A DNA stretch of 63,629 nucleotides, filler included, from Sphacelaria rigidula (lineage: Eukaryota), in the NCBI GenBank assembly GCA_964200075.2. It is 4 parts of 4 records of this genome, joined end to end, with 100 filler letters (N's around TTAATTAATTAA, not from the genome) between each part and the next. Parts side by side here need not be neighbours in the genome. Positions count along the whole stretch, not along the records: positions 1 to 15,837 come from CAXNAA020001575.1; 3 more parts are not named here. The stretch is one strand, 5' to 3'. Of this stretch, positions 1 to 13,802 are shown piece by piece; the first letter of the stretch is position 1, and each line of letters begins with the position of its first letter. The notes below the pieces were generated by a model. That model saw only the letters and a list, made by a program, of their open reading frames with translations, was not told the DNA's origin and made no database searches. The translations under genes and the position numbers were made by a program.

Positions 1-351
1 GGTAATTTGTCCCCTCGAAGCTTCCGCTGCAATAGAGCAACGCCCCCCCCGCCACATCGGCAGACTACAAGTTGCCTGCTGTCTGCTGCTGTGCGGCATT
101 TGTATGTACACTGTGCGTGTGTGTGTTGTAGTCCCATCTATTTTGGACGCCGGTCTAGACATTTTGGTATATGTGGGCGCACCAGCCGGGGTCACACACA
201 CAGAAGGTCCGTGTTTACTGAAACTAAAAAACACTGCATACTGCCGTGTCGTCTGGTGTTGAGTGTAGTACTCTGCAGTTCATACACCAATGCAGAGTTG
301 TCTGGTGTTGGGTGTACCACCCTGTAGTCAAGATAATGGGGTCATGGTTTT

Positions 352-432
352 ATCAGTTTTCCGAAAGGTTTTGCTCTTTTTCCGAAAAGTTCTGCTTGTT
401 TTTTGAGAGGTTCTGCTCTTTTTTGGAAAGTA
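352..432 (+). repeat. Imperfect 21-bp tandem repeat, about 4 copies
   Basis: TTTTTCCGAAA.GTT.TGCTC periodicity. Confidence 0.65.
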
Positions 433-536
433 TTCCGAAAAAGACGAGAGTATTTTCTGTCACAGAAATCTATAGCCGAATCTGGAATAGCCTGAGACAA
501 CAAGCAATTTGAAAAGTGGAACATCTTCACAAAGCG

Positions 537-872
537 CTAATCCCGGGTTTTCATTCTCCCTGCGATGATCCCTTCTAGGTCAGAGGTACTCAATCCAAGT
601 GACGGCAAGTGTACATCAATCTGGCAAAAAGGATAGCACAGATCTATAGCATCTTGAAAAAAGTTATTCGGTCATTCAGGCTGTTGAGCCATCAGACTCC
701 GGTGTTTATCTCAGGGCTCTTCCCCTATCATCAGCGCCGCGCTCGCCGAAACCCGTGGCACAAGCAGGCTCTCTGTGCTTCTTACCGTAGTGACAGATAC
801 CCAACGTTGCTTCGATCGAGTGCTTGTGGCCTCAAGAGAATCATCGCGGGGAAGATAGAACCCTGGGATTAG
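537..872. repeat. Old inverted-repeat element (68-bp arms)
   Basis: 537-604 aligns ungapped to the reverse complement of 805-872 (48/68 identities by hand count). Confidence 0.6.
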
Positions 873-3800
873 TTCAGTGGGTATCTGTGACATCTACTTC
901 CGACTCTTCGTGAGGTTTACTCCCCGTAAGACTCCAAAGTGAGAAAACAAAAAAGCCGTGACGGTCATGAGGGGCAGTCTGTGTCTCTCCGCCACACGTA
1001 CGGTAAAGACTTGATCGGAATATTTTCACACCGGCTAGATTCTGCGTTTCACAATCAGGAGCCATGTTACGCTAGGCGGTGGGTGTTGGATTCCACGAAA
1101 AAAGGCTCATAGTTGTGTCAGACAACTCAACACACACGTGGTGGGCTTGGACGTGTTTAAGTAACAAGGATGCCAAGCAGTATGAATGAGCGTAATTTAT
1201 CGGCAAAATTTGCGCTCGAATGACCCTTGCTGCTTTCAACGACGAATTGAAGTGAAAGTAGTACGTGGAAGAAATGGCCCAAAATACCCCCTCCCCGCCC
1301 CCCCTCCTATCATAGCATGACTCATTCCACCCACAACAGCGAAATAAGACTACTAATGGCACAGAATCGCCGAAGAAGGCCAATGGTTACATGTGTGTTT
1401 AGCCATCAATCATTTTCGTGGCGCTTTTGGGCCCCATCGCTGGTGGTTTCAGTACCACATGATGAGTGCGTTGCTGAGTTTGCCTTTTTTCTTGATGGTG
1501 AACCCGTCACATCAGCAGACGGCGGAGCGATCAAACGCCAAGTCTACCAAAAGTGTGCAATTGCTCTGAATTCATCCAGGAAAAGCGTGCCACGAGGATA
1601 TCACGCTTCCAAAAAATAGTCGAGTACTTCTAGAGTGACGGGCGAATAAGAAACGCATGAAGAGCCCAGATGATGTGAGTCTTCGGGGGTCAATATTTAT
1701 TGCAGTTTGAAAATGCGATGTTTTAGTGTGATCTCCAGTCCAATTAGAGGACGAAAATGACACCCAAGAGCCCACGTTCACCACCCCGTGACACGAAAGT
1801 CAAGCCGTCCAACTTACCAACACCAAGGAGCCGCTGTATGGTCATGTGGACCGAAAGTACGCGACGATTGCTGTACGGTAATACGCAGTAGTGGCTAAGC
1901 CTGTCACTCCCGATTACCCCCTCCAGCCAGGGCTAGCAGCAGCGTGACCGGGGGCGCAAGCCATCACCAACTACCGCACACAGATTGGAGCCTCTTGAAA
2001 TGGGGTGCGACACATCTCTCCGACTCCTCTTTCTCACAACTTAGGGTACCTATGGGCAATAGGTTGTCTGGGTACAACCGTGTTGGTGAGGATAGTATAG
2101 TCGGGTTCGTTAGAAAAATAAAACAAAGACTAAGCTAGAGAGAAAAAAAAAAACGGGGTTCAATTCGCTTACCTGAAGTGGGTAAAAATATACCCTATTT
2201 TGGGCTATTCTGGGAATATTTTTGAACATGCTTTTCGAGCAATGTTTTAGAGAATTCTAGGAGTATTCTCAACAGCGTCCAAATTTAGTACCCTACCCGC
2301 TCATTACACCATTCTAGCGATGAACTCGCCCTCCAGCACACCCTCACCTCGCAAACAGGGCGCCGAGATATCGGTTGGTGACCACTATGCAATGGCGGCA
2401 ACGGTTTTCGACACTTTATTTCCCGTGGGAAAGACGTGAAATACGGCCATTTTGGGGCCGACTGTTTTTTTTTCGGCCGTTTGGCGGCATGGGTCAGGCA
2501 CCGGCTGAAGAACAACAACATACTTTCTACTCGAAAAACACCCAAGATTTCAACAACAAAAAATAGGAAACAGATCGGACACGGTTGAGGGCCCGCACAA
2601 ATTTAGTTACTGATTGGTCAACCCCCAAGACACGTCCGCCAGCGACAGGGTTGGATACAGATGGATATACTATTTTGCAAGACTAATAGAGTCTCTACTG
2701 TGCGGTGCGGAGCGGTGCGGGGTGGTGCTGTGCTGTGCTCTGCAACCACCATATTCTAGTATGCTGTGATGCATCCTTTGAGACTTTTGGGTGTACGTGG
2801 TTCATTTGATTATGTGCATCATTCTCCACACCAACGACCAGCTTAAGTAGTAGAACGAGCTTTTGCTCGTTCGTGAGTGTGGGACCCAAGAGGGTCAGCA
2901 CTTGCACCTTTCGTGCTTGTATTCCATCACACGGGCCAACGAACGCAACACGTCGGGTGTACTTCTGTAGGATCATGCGCAATAATATAAAAAGAGGAGA
3001 TCGTCGCTCGCCATGCCGAGATAACTTGTCAAGCCTTGCGTAAATTAGTAAAAAACAAAACGCTTAATCGAGCACGTAGGTGTGCACTGCATTCCCACCC
3101 ATCTTCTATGCTGTACTGATGCAACGGACACATCGTCATGCTAGCGTGGGCGGGGATGCGGACGCCACCGGGATCCCTCGAGTCCCGTGTACAGAATTCT
3201 CATGAGATTTTGGTAGCACGTGAGCATCAACACTGCGCCTGCTCCTGTTGAAGTCTTCACGTCCGGGTAGCCTCCTTGTTGAAACCTTGACGTCGCCATG
3301 CCAGAAGGGGGTGTCTGCACACAGGCAAGAAACGTCCCGCCGTGACAAACACGACGGTTTCGTACCGGAGTAAAAAGCCGTCACGAAACAAAAGCAACAA
3401 TTGGCTGCAAAATGCATTAGAGAGAGACTAGGCAAAATGAGCTATACACGAGACCAATCGACAGTGGTGGCCCCCCAGTAGGGCAGTATAATGACAAGCC
3501 AGAACTCCCTCTCGCTGAAGACGCCGCAGCGCGGATAATGTCTCCAAAAGTAAAACCGGATAGAACAAAAGGTTTGGACAAGTAGAACACACACGACTTG
3601 TTGCTAATCCCGTTTTTCCAAGTGTTGCCCTGTTGCACCTTCACTACCGCATACTGATGGGGCGTCGTCACAAAAGGCAATCATCAGGACCCTTACAGTA
3701 GATCTTCAAACAATACATACAAGCGTAAGCGCATTGAGAAGAGCTGATCGCTCGCCCTATGAGCGCCGAATGACTCTCCGCCAGACCAGACCGGTGTTCC

Positions 3801-4510
3801 ACTGTACATTTTCCCTTTTCGACCCTTCCCGAGTGCACTCAGCAACAAATGAGTACGCCCCCCCCCTTCCCGAGTGCATACAACCAAGGATCATCACGCC
3901 GCCAATCTCAAAGCAAATCCAAGTCAAGGGATTGTCCCACCGCCCTGCTGTACATGCCTCAAACTCCTCACCAAATCAACCGCCGCCGTTGCCGCCGCCG
4001 CCGCTACGCTACGTCGGGCATCATCACATCGCTCCAAACCCAGCTTCCCACCGTCCGCAAACGGCAAAAGCAGAAACTTCCGCGCGGTAGCCGAGCGTGT
4101 CCCTGCCCACACTATCAATGGCTGCCATAAATGGTCGTACGCAGGTGCTGTGCAGGCAAGCACCCATGCTAGAGCAGCGGTGGGGGGAACTAGGGTGACA
4201 GCGGCTGCGGCTATCGCCAGCGTGCAGGGTAGGAATAGAGCAGAGATGGCAACAAGGAAAGCGGAGGCTAGGGATATTGAGGTCACAGAAGTAACTATAG
4301 CCGCGCATTTCCATCTCGGCGCGAGCGCTTTAGCGTGCCCCACAAAATCCAGGATGAGGTTCAGCACTGCCGACACCGGCCGATCGAACTGGTGCGAGGG
4401 AGCGGGTTGCGCGGTGGAGTGGGGCGGGCAGGGAGGGGGGGGGAGGGGTGTACTCATGATCATGCATGCCATAGTCACNNNNNNGGGGGGGGGGGGGGGG
4501 GGGGAGGGGC

Positions 4511-4555
<45 letters not shown>

Positions 4556-6444
4556 ACATGTGGATCGCTTCATAGAGTACATGATGACAGAGCGGCGGAC
4601 AAGTAGCCATAACATGAACAAGATCCGAATATCATTGCGGTACGCTCAGCAGGTATCGAAGGATTTTGGACCACTGGGTAACTGATAACAAGAAATCTAT
4701 GTCAACGAAGGGGAATTTGAGAGCTGTGCAGCACCTCTGCAAACTTTCAGAAACTGACAGAACTGAACCCACAACGGTGTGGATATTGGGGTGCTCATGT
4801 GTTACATGTTTCGGCTGTCAGGCCATCGGCCACGTGTGCTTGCGAATGGGGGGGGGGGGCTGAAGCGTGATCCCACGACATGCGGCGCCAGAACATTCAA
4901 GAGGGATACGAAATTCGTAAAGATTTAACAGCATACCCTTGCGCCATATGGCACTCCACTCCACCACGCGTCTCGCCTTGCCAGAAAGAAGCATCCACGT
5001 GCGGCTCCCAGCATCGCTGAGAAACGATAAAGGTTTCCTCAAGCGGACCTTGGGGGACCAACAAATATTCAATTGAATTGTAGATGTGCCTCCATGTTTC
5101 CTCCCCGTTCCCGCACACTCCTCTGCTACCCGTCCCTTTCTTCCTGCTCCTTCCCTCACAACACCGGTACTGGCCGAAGGAAGCCTTTGGGGTATAGATG
5201 GCTGATGTTGCTCTGTTGGGGCAACGATGCAGCTTCTGAGCACCGGTCGCGCCCCCAACCCCCACTCCGTGCACAACAGAGGCTCTGCTTCTGCCACGAA
5301 TGCATCATGGTCCTCATTCGAGGAATTGCTTCGGTCTAGTACGGTCACGGTCAGCGCATCTCTGGTAGAGGCCATCACGGTGGGGGCGCGACGGTAGCCA
5401 TGAAGTGTAGCCATGCGTGAGGCAAAGTCAGTGAAGAGTAAAAGCATGAGTGAGGCACAAGGGAATCGACGGAGTGCAGTTCACCACGGTATTCGGGTAT
5501 GGCATCATGGCCTCATGGCCAGGTATCCCGAGTTATCAGACTTTTTCTAGTGGCCGTACCTTTTTTCCAGCACGAAGTATCTCAGGATATCGACTGGAGG
5601 AAGATGTCAGTATCCCCAGATTTAGCGTTCAGAGTATCTACAGCCGAAGATGCGTACTATTCCACGATACCCCTGGCAGGAACACCCCAAAATACCTTCT
5701 TATGTACTCTACCCTGTCGTACCTGTTATCGTACCGTGTGACCACCTCTGGAAGATTACTTCGACCATGGGGCGGGCATGGATCGTAGCATCAGTGTGAT
5801 ACTCATTCGGGAAAGAAATCTGAAATCAAAGACGGGTCTACATGGACCGACACCACGCGAGCAAAATGCATGGCATATTCCGCCAGAAGATTCCAGGTGT
5901 TTGAACCACAGACCCTTTAACTGTGAGACATGAAGGGACTTACTGCAGGACCATTGGAACACGATAACGAAAAACACATGAACGCTCCCGAATGACATGA
6001 GGATATATATAGAGGGTATATATATATATATATATATGCGTGTGTGTGGACTAAAATAAAGATGCTCTCGCAGTCTGAGAGTGTCACCGAGACTGGCGAC
6101 TGCAAAACAAAAATGCGGTACGAGCCGGGCCGGCCATCAGTGATATTTAAACGAAGAGTGGAGATTCTATTGGCAATTCGAGGAGTTAGGCGCTGAAATT
6201 TTGACACGACATTTTTATCATCAATGCGCAACCCTGTCAGGGGAGTCACGGGAAAAAAAAAAATCAGAAAGTTAGAGCGAGTTGAAGTTTCAGCAAAGAC
6301 AGGAAAAAATCTATAACTCCCTGAAAAAAACTACAACAACGATGACAACGCTCCGGCACATACGGGTACCCGCGTCAACCACATCCTTGTAAAGTTTCAG
6401 CCAAAAATACGTAAAATTGGGCTCAGGATCGCACTTTTGTGTAA

Positions 6445-6620
6445 CCCCGGTGGTCAAACTGATACAACATCCTCAAATTACACAGGTCACGAGTTCGAAT
6501 CCCGACACGACAAAAACGTTTTTGGGTGCATACTAATCGTGCACAATCTTTCATTCCTCTGGGTTGCGAAGGGTCTCGATATACTAGTGACGGACTTGCT
6601 TTTGGGGCGGGGTATAGCGT
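6445..6620 (+). mobile_element. Degenerate tRNA-headed SINE (similar lone head at about 58400-58480)
   Basis: CCCCGGTGGTCAA...GAGTTCGAATCCCG. Confidence 0.55.
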
Positions 6621-7954
6621 AGTTTTAACTAGTACTTTTCCCTCGTGCGGTGATATACGACAGTTGGCTCGGAGATTCTTTCCGATGATGGTGCTTATGA
6701 CGAGCTTGATGCCATATTGCAGCACTACCGGTTTGCTCTTACCTACGCATGTCGGGTATGCGTATGCCTATGCGGCATGCGGCGCGACGGTCCATCGTAA
6801 TTTCACCGCATCTTGTGAAACGAAACGTCGCCAGACATGCTGTCACGCAACGACAAGAGACGTGCCCGGTACTCAATGCAGTACAATAACATCACCGCCA
6901 AAACTGCGCCAGTCAAGCAGCAGTTGTGTCCTGTATTACCAGCTTAGTCTGCAGTTCACAGCGATATGCTCGAGTCGCGCTGAGTTGGGAAACTCCAGAA
7001 GTTGTGGTGAGGATAGAGAGTGTAGAATTCACTGCCGGCCCAGCTCGTATACAGTTCTGCTAAGCACTGGTAGGGGCGCTGGCACTCGTAGCAGCTCGTT
7101 GCCACTGTGTTCGAGACGCGATTCACGAGTTGAATTTATGCGTGCTCAGGTGTTCGGTATGTACACGACTCTGACACGCGAAATACAGGACCCCCCGCTC
7201 TCCTGTTTTGTAGGAATCCAGGAGATGAAAACCCGACCAGCTACTAATCGCCATGCATTAGTTTCTAGATTGGTGTGTGGCTTCCTCAAGTTTGGACAAA
7301 ACCAAAAACAACTCACAGTTCCGTAACATCGTGAAATTCCACGACTCGGCTATCCCTGTCACCGCCCCCACTTCCACCACCACTCCTTGCCGAATCATCG
7401 CATGGTCCAACCTGTCAGTAGAATCGTCGACATGACAGACAAAAAATGCAAACGTTCACGAAGGCAATCATATCTCGTTTCTTCAGGCCCCATAGCCCCG
7501 CCCTCTCCCTCCTCCCGTGCACTTTTTCGGGGCAATACGGTGACTCTCATGTATACCTTCCCAATTTCTGAACCTACGAGCTCAGATTTTCCCACCTCAA
7601 ACCTTGTGTGCACTTGGTCTGAGCCAAGCCTACACCACTGGCAGCTTGGTACACCAGTGCGTACCGCCGTTTCAGCGTACTTCATCGCCGCCACAACCGA
7701 GCATAGCATCGTTTGTACCGATTGCATCTTATCCAGCCGTGCATAAGCCCTTCCATTCGGACCCACGGTCGAGAAATGGAAGGTTCTCAAGCAACCATGC
7801 ACACACACATTACTCCTCTGGTGGAGGATACATCATCTCAGCGAGGTCATTTCTTGTGTGAAAAAGAAGTCCGTACGTCTGTTACATGGCTAATGAAAAC
7901 CAGTCACGTGCGTAGCAGCTCCATCCTTCGCCATCTGCTCCACGTTCCGACGAA

Positions 7955-10308
7955 GGTCATATGGGAAGATGTAGTGAACAAAATGGATCACCATTTTGAT
8001 GGTGAGATGAAGAAAACGTGGGTAGAGATAAAAGGTTTAGTGGGAAACGAGGCAGGAAAGATCCACAAGGGGATAGACACACTGTGGGCACAAAGCGATA
8101 AGATGGTTAGTAGTTAGAAAAGGAAACGAGAAGTACTGGTAGAGCACTACCGCACGCTAGGAAACACCTAAACCTCACAAGAGGTTTGACGCGGAATTCA
8201 AAAAATAAATCAACGCTAAGGCAGAGGCAAATGGAGAGGCATCAAAACTGGAGGATAAAACCAACGAATTGCAGAGAGAGTTCACAAGAGAGGAAGTGAA
8301 GGAGTGTGTAGCTAAACTCAAGAACAGAAAAGCACCAGGGGCAGACGAAATAATGGATACATTTCTCAAGTACGGGAGAGAGGGAATGATCACCATGGTG
8401 ATTACACTGTATAACTGGATATAGGAAAATGAGCGCACAACCAAGAGGTGGTGAGAAGGAGTAGTAGCAAATATTCCCCACAAAGGAGACAAGACTGACA
8501 CGGGTAATTGTAGAGGGATAACTCTACTGAGCACTGTAGGTAAAACATTCTGTGAAAGTCTGAATGATAGAGTGGGAACGATGTTAGAGAAGGAAGCAAA
8601 GATCAGCGAGGGGCAAGCAGGTTTTAGACCACAGTTGCGCAGAATATGTGTACACATGAGGCAAGATCACTCAAGGTGGGAAAAACGCCGGGCTCACAAT
8701 GTAATGTTTCTTTCTGGACGTATAGAAGGCCTGTCACACAGAATGGAGCAATGGGCTGTCGAAAAAGTTGGGGGAAACTGGGATCAGAGGAAAGATGTAG
8801 AGAATGGTGAAGAAGATGACAAATTGTGTCAAAAGTGCCACGTGAGACGGGGAAATATCGAAATCTTTTGACATTTTACAAGGAGCTGCAAAAGGATGTA
8901 GCTCATCTCCCACTTTATTCAAAGTATTCATCGATGACATGATAATCGCAATAGAAGCAGCAAAGCAAGGATTCAAGGTGGGGGAAGATATGGTATCGGG
9001 ATTGATATTCGCGGATGATTTCGTAGGGATATCAGGAGCGCCAGAAGGATTGCAGAAGCAAAAAGAGAGAGCGCTAGAATACACTACGAAATGGAGAGTG
9101 ACAGCGAATGCAAACAAATGCGCGGTATTTGTATGCAACGGAGATAAGGAAAACCCGGTAGATTCAAATGAAAGCGGGGAGAAGAGGAACTGCCGATCGT
9201 CGAGTGTATGCATACCTTGGCGTAGGGATAAAAAAAACTATTCTTGGGATGCTAACAAAAATAAGTCATGGAGAAGGATAAGGCACAGATAGGCTGGATG
9301 ATTTTCCTCAGAGATTCGCACCTTGACTCTAGGATTGAGAAATATTAACGTGATTGTATTCAAGCTGGAATATGAATGCGACGTATGGGAAGGGAACGCG
9401 AATATGGTGAAGAAGCTCGAAACGGTACAGATGGCAGCAGCTAAGATAATACTTAGATGCTCAAAAACGACGAGTAATACAACATTGAGAGCAGAGTTGG
9501 AATCGTACTCATTTTCAACCAATAGACATGAGGCAACTGAAAGGATAATACAGCGTGAGGATCATGCCAAGAAAGAGAATGCTAGCCATAGTTGATAGGG
9601 TCGTATGGAAGAAAATGGCGGAAGGGTGGACTGGAATAAGGTGGAATAGCGTAGTCGAGAAAGTATGGAAATAGGACTTACCAAGATGGGATACACAACA
9701 AGGTAAGAAACATGATGGGAACAGGAAGCGCCGAGACGGAATGTAGGCGAGGGAGAACGCCTGAAGATAAGAGGGGGGTTGGGAGAGGGGATAGGGGTGA
9801 AAAGATATATGCATGGCACAACGGACTCTGCGAAAAAAAGTGAAACTGCGATTTTGGGTGGGAGACCTGGACCTATTAGAAAGAAGGAAGATGTGTGCAA
9901 GTAGTCTAGTGGAGGAGGAAGTAAATGCACAGAATTGCCTCTGTGGCGAAGCAATAGAGAGTACGACTCATAGAAGGGCAGAATGTGAGCGGTACAAGGA
10001 GGAACGGGATGTGTTGGAGCGGAAAATGTGGAAAGTAAACGAAGGTGGCATGAAAACATCTGCTGAGTCAGACAGCACAGTAGCGAGAAAACGATCCATG
10101 TACGAGGAGATGGATCACGGCCGCAGACGGCGAATAAGGGGATAAGATACGTCAAATTTCTTTGTGCAATGTACAACATAAACCTAAAGAGCGCCCAAAT
10201 GTTGGAAATGTCTCCACTAGGAGAAGAAATGGTGCTCCGTTTCGAAAGGGATGCGTGGTCAATGGTCAGTCAGACGACTAAGACAAGCAACAAACGAGTA
10301 CGCCCCAC
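7955..10308 (+). mobile_element. 5'-truncated, frameshifted non-LTR retrotransposon (LINE family A), RT through 3' end
   Basis: RT motifs KLKNRKAPGADEI, NCRGITLLS, EGQAGFRP, SPTLFKVFIDD, LIFADDFV; C-terminal C-x-C...H...C knuckle; 3' end AGCAACAAACGAGTACGCCCC. Confidence 0.92.
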
Positions 10309-11574
10309 TCTCAAAACTGTTTTTGATGGTCTTGAAACTTCCGGGTCATGTTGCAGGGAAATGCCATACCTCCTTGATTTCGCTGTGTTGATGTAAGTCA
10401 TACCTTCATGTTTTAGCAGCGACCAGAGGGGATTCAACAATGCCCAGATGCTTACAGCTGTTGCTGACGGTCTTGAGGGTGATGGCGGGTATGGAGAAAT
10501 TAGGCCAGGGCGCTGCAGCTGCCGTCGGCTCATGGACACAACGTGTGGGCATGAAGATTGCCATACCGCAATAACTCAATGTCTGACCCGTTGCACGTTG
10601 TTTGGTCAATATCTCTGTAGATATCAATTGACTCGTTTGCTGGCGGCGGTCACATGTCAGTTGTCAAAAGATTAAATCAGCAGTATCGATGCACGCGGAT
10701 GCACTTTACAAAATGCGCATGTCGGAAAGAAATGTTCCCAATGATCATGTGCCATCCAATTTCTTCACACAATGCACCATGTACGTACTCGAGTGCCAGG
10801 AGGTGGCGACTCACCTGAAGGCTGGTGCTGTGGAGCTTGTTCCCGACCGACAGCTCCACGCAGGGGTCCAGCAAACGACCATCCACCTGGAACGGGACCA
10901 CCCCCCCCCCCCCCCCCCCGGACGTATGCGATGAAAATTACCAACAGAGATCATGCGACCAATGATCAATAATGAGCAATCGATGACAATCAATACAAGC
11001 ACAAGCACTCTATGAAGGGGATGCGGGTGAAGAAGGTGATGCAGAACGGCCGACGGAAGCGTGATATTCAAGGGGAAAACATCAATAACTCCTCACAGCA
11101 TTTTTGTCCTTGCTATACTGTAACCTGCCGATCATCCGCCGTTTGACATTCGACGCTTGTTAATACTGCTACATGTGCCGTAGGGGAACTACATGAAGTC
11201 GGTATGGTGCGGATGAAGAACCGAAGACCATGGGCTACGCGACACGTACAGAAGGGTGACGGGAAAGACCATGCACTGTTCACGTCTAGTAGCCTAACTA
11301 TTGAGAGCTGGTCGCGAAGAGTACGACCCACCCCACCCGCGCGCCCGTCTCCTTGCCTCTTTTCGACCCGATCGGCAGTTGGGAAGGTGGCGGAGGGCGG
11401 CGACGGATATGAAACAAGACTCGTCATTACAGAATAGGAGGTACGCACAAATGTGATGGAACCGAACCAGGGTGCCAATTTAATTTCTCGCTCTGGAGAT
11501 ACACCCCCTTCGTGTTTTTGGGATCTTTCAGCGAGTATATGAAAATATATTATACTGTAGTCACAATTTTGATC

Positions 11575-11850
11575 CTCCCCCTTCCTCGGGGTGAGTCCGC
11601 CGTCTCAAGGAATCATGTTATCTCTCCCGGGTACAAGCCTTGCATATTGGTATCGCAGATCGGGTCAGCACTACTTGTACTACTCCCGCCCCGCGTCGGC
11701 TTTCATCCGTCAACCTCAGTCAAATTAATTATTTTTACTACCCACATCCTCACGCTTTCAAGGGCCGGCATAAGATAACAAAAAAACAAACCGCGTCTGG
11801 CCGGAATCGAATCCGCGTGCTTTCCCCCCTGAGGAAGAAAACACCCGGAA
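11575..11850 (-). mobile_element. tRNA-derived SINE
   Basis: Reverse-complement body (CCTCGGGGTGAGTCCG..GTCTCAAGG) and B-box. Confidence 0.75.
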
Positions 11851-11993
11851 CGGCAGTTTGGATTCAGCGCAGTCGCCTCGAAAGTACAGAAATCTTCCGG
11901 CTCCTGTGCAAGAGGTCGACAGCATAAGTCCCCGGGCGAGCCGTGAAGTTTTCCGTGTACACTGAAATGCGAGAAGATTTTCTTCACGCATGC

Positions 11994-13802
11994 GGCCGCT
12001 TCTTATGGTGGGAAAACGGCCTCTCTGAGAACCGCCCTTTTTGAGCGTTTCATGGCGGATTTTGGGCGGAATACGGGGCTTCGCGAATTGTGCTTCCTCT
12101 GAAAGATTTGCTGTGCTTCCCACGAGGATTCTGGCGCATTTTCCGAGATTTTCGTACGCCCAGTGTTTTTTGGTCTGCTTCCTGGTTTTTCCAGTCGCCC
12201 CCGAAGTCTTCGAGTTGTCAAGGGAAAAGTAGGCACTACCCTCGATTTTTTATACTCCCAGTTATACACTTGGCTGGACCCCTCATTTCTTCAGTCGCCC
12301 CAAAAGTCTGCGAGTTGTCGGGAATGAAGTAACAATAACTACTTTCTTCCCGTTCTGGCGCACTTTCCCGATTCTTCGTACGCCCAGTTTCACTTTTGGC
12401 CGGATTCCTGATTTTCTCCAGTTGTCCTTTGAGTCTTCGAGTTGTCGGGAAGGAAGTAAGTACTCTCGACAAGTATTGTCTTCCCGACAACTCGAAGACT
12501 TGTGGGGCTACTTGACCCTTTTGGGATTGGGCCTCCAGAATGACCAATGAGGTTGGTTAGGAATGTCGTGTACCGTACATGCATGAAACAGTGGCTTCAT
12601 GTTGCTAAAAATCCACGTATGTATGTAACCGCAGGGTCAGAGGAAGACCGAAAGTTTCACCCAACCTACTTTCAGGTGCAGGTACAAACTGTCTGTACTA
12701 TAATTGGGGTGTTGTGCGCATCAGGTAATGTACAGATGTATCAAGCAGTATGAATCGCCGTGGAGAGCTTTCAACAGGATGTGGTAACCGCTGCCCACCA
12801 CTTGTGGCCTTGGATATTGTCCCCATCACCTTGGCACACAGCCCTCTGTGGTCGGGGTGGGCGGCGATTTTTCTCCTTGTTGCAAGCGGCAAATTCTCTT
12901 CGAACGTCATGGGCGTTGCGCCGCACCTACAGTACAGTACGCCTCTTCGACTGAAGCAGCAGCTGCCGCTGCATACTCCCTGACATGTTCTGGGCAGTTC
13001 TCCGCGACGGAGATCAGCTGCCTATACACAGCTTGTTCGTTCCCGTCGATTACATACGACCTCACCGCCGCTTGTACCGCTTCGACAGAGGGACACGTAG
13101 AACTCACGCCTGTAGCTCCGTCTCTCGTCCCACAGCGTTGCCATTAAGTAGATTCAGTCACCTTGTGAACATGACCACATATACCGTAGTGTACATTTAA
13201 TCCCGACTTTTCCCCAAGCACCCTGTGTTGGCGTAATCCACTAGGCTTTACCATCGGATGATCACCCCCCCCAAAAAACCGGGGGGGTGGAGTTCGGACC
13301 TACATGAAATGTAAATAAATGATAAAAAAACATCGCGAAACCAAGCCCCGAACACTTGAGCTTTCTTTGCTTTAAGGGATTTTTGTGGGGGACAGTGACA
13401 GGGTAAACACACCAACTTGGCAGTGACATCACTCCCGGCGACAGCCCGCACCACGAGTAATTCGGATGTAGTCGGTAAATTTCGCCTCACCCTGATTGGG
13501 CAGGTCGCTCCCAGACTTGTTAACTATTACTTGACGAATATATCTTGAACCCTCGTCACTGAAGATCAGTCCAAAAAGGGTCAACACTTCTGGGGTGACT
13601 GAAAAAATCAGGAATCCAGTCAAAGGTAAAACTGGGCGTACGAGAAATCGGGAAAGTGTACCAGAGTCCTCTTGAGAAGCACAGCAAACCTTTCAGAGGG
13701 CTCAATCCATCAAGGCCCGTACTCCGCCAAAAATCCGCCATGAAAGGCTCAAAAAGGGCAGTTCTCAGAGAGTCCGTTTTCTGATTATAATAAGACGCGG
13801 CC
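11994..13802. mobile_element. 1.8-kb non-autonomous DNA transposon with long (about 220 bp) TIRs, Harbinger-like termini
   Basis: Both ends read GGCCGC.TCTTAT...GAAAACGG.CTCTCTGAGAAC.GCCCTTTTTGAGC.TTTCATGGCGGAT; right flank TAA; subterminal repeats GAGTTGTC at 12.2-12.5 kb. Confidence 0.85.

Noticed and set aside
3874-4685. Long ORFs on both strands with poly-Gly/poly-Pro
   Set aside because: Produced by a poly-G tract, an N gap and a GCC microsatellite; no recognisable domain
4818-5447. Possible Copia integrase remnant (LLFTDFASRM)
   Set aside because: Only one short motif; no other integrase/RT motifs or LTRs found
6526-7808. ORFs of 266 aa (+) and 137 aa (-)
   Set aside because: Start inside a SINE or show no domain or exon-like structure; probably chance or unrecognisably decayed TE sequence
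12190-12510. CRISPR-like spaced ~40-bp repeats
   Set aside because: Repeats are degenerate, unevenly spaced, partly inverted and lie inside a TIR element; eukaryotic context, no cas genes
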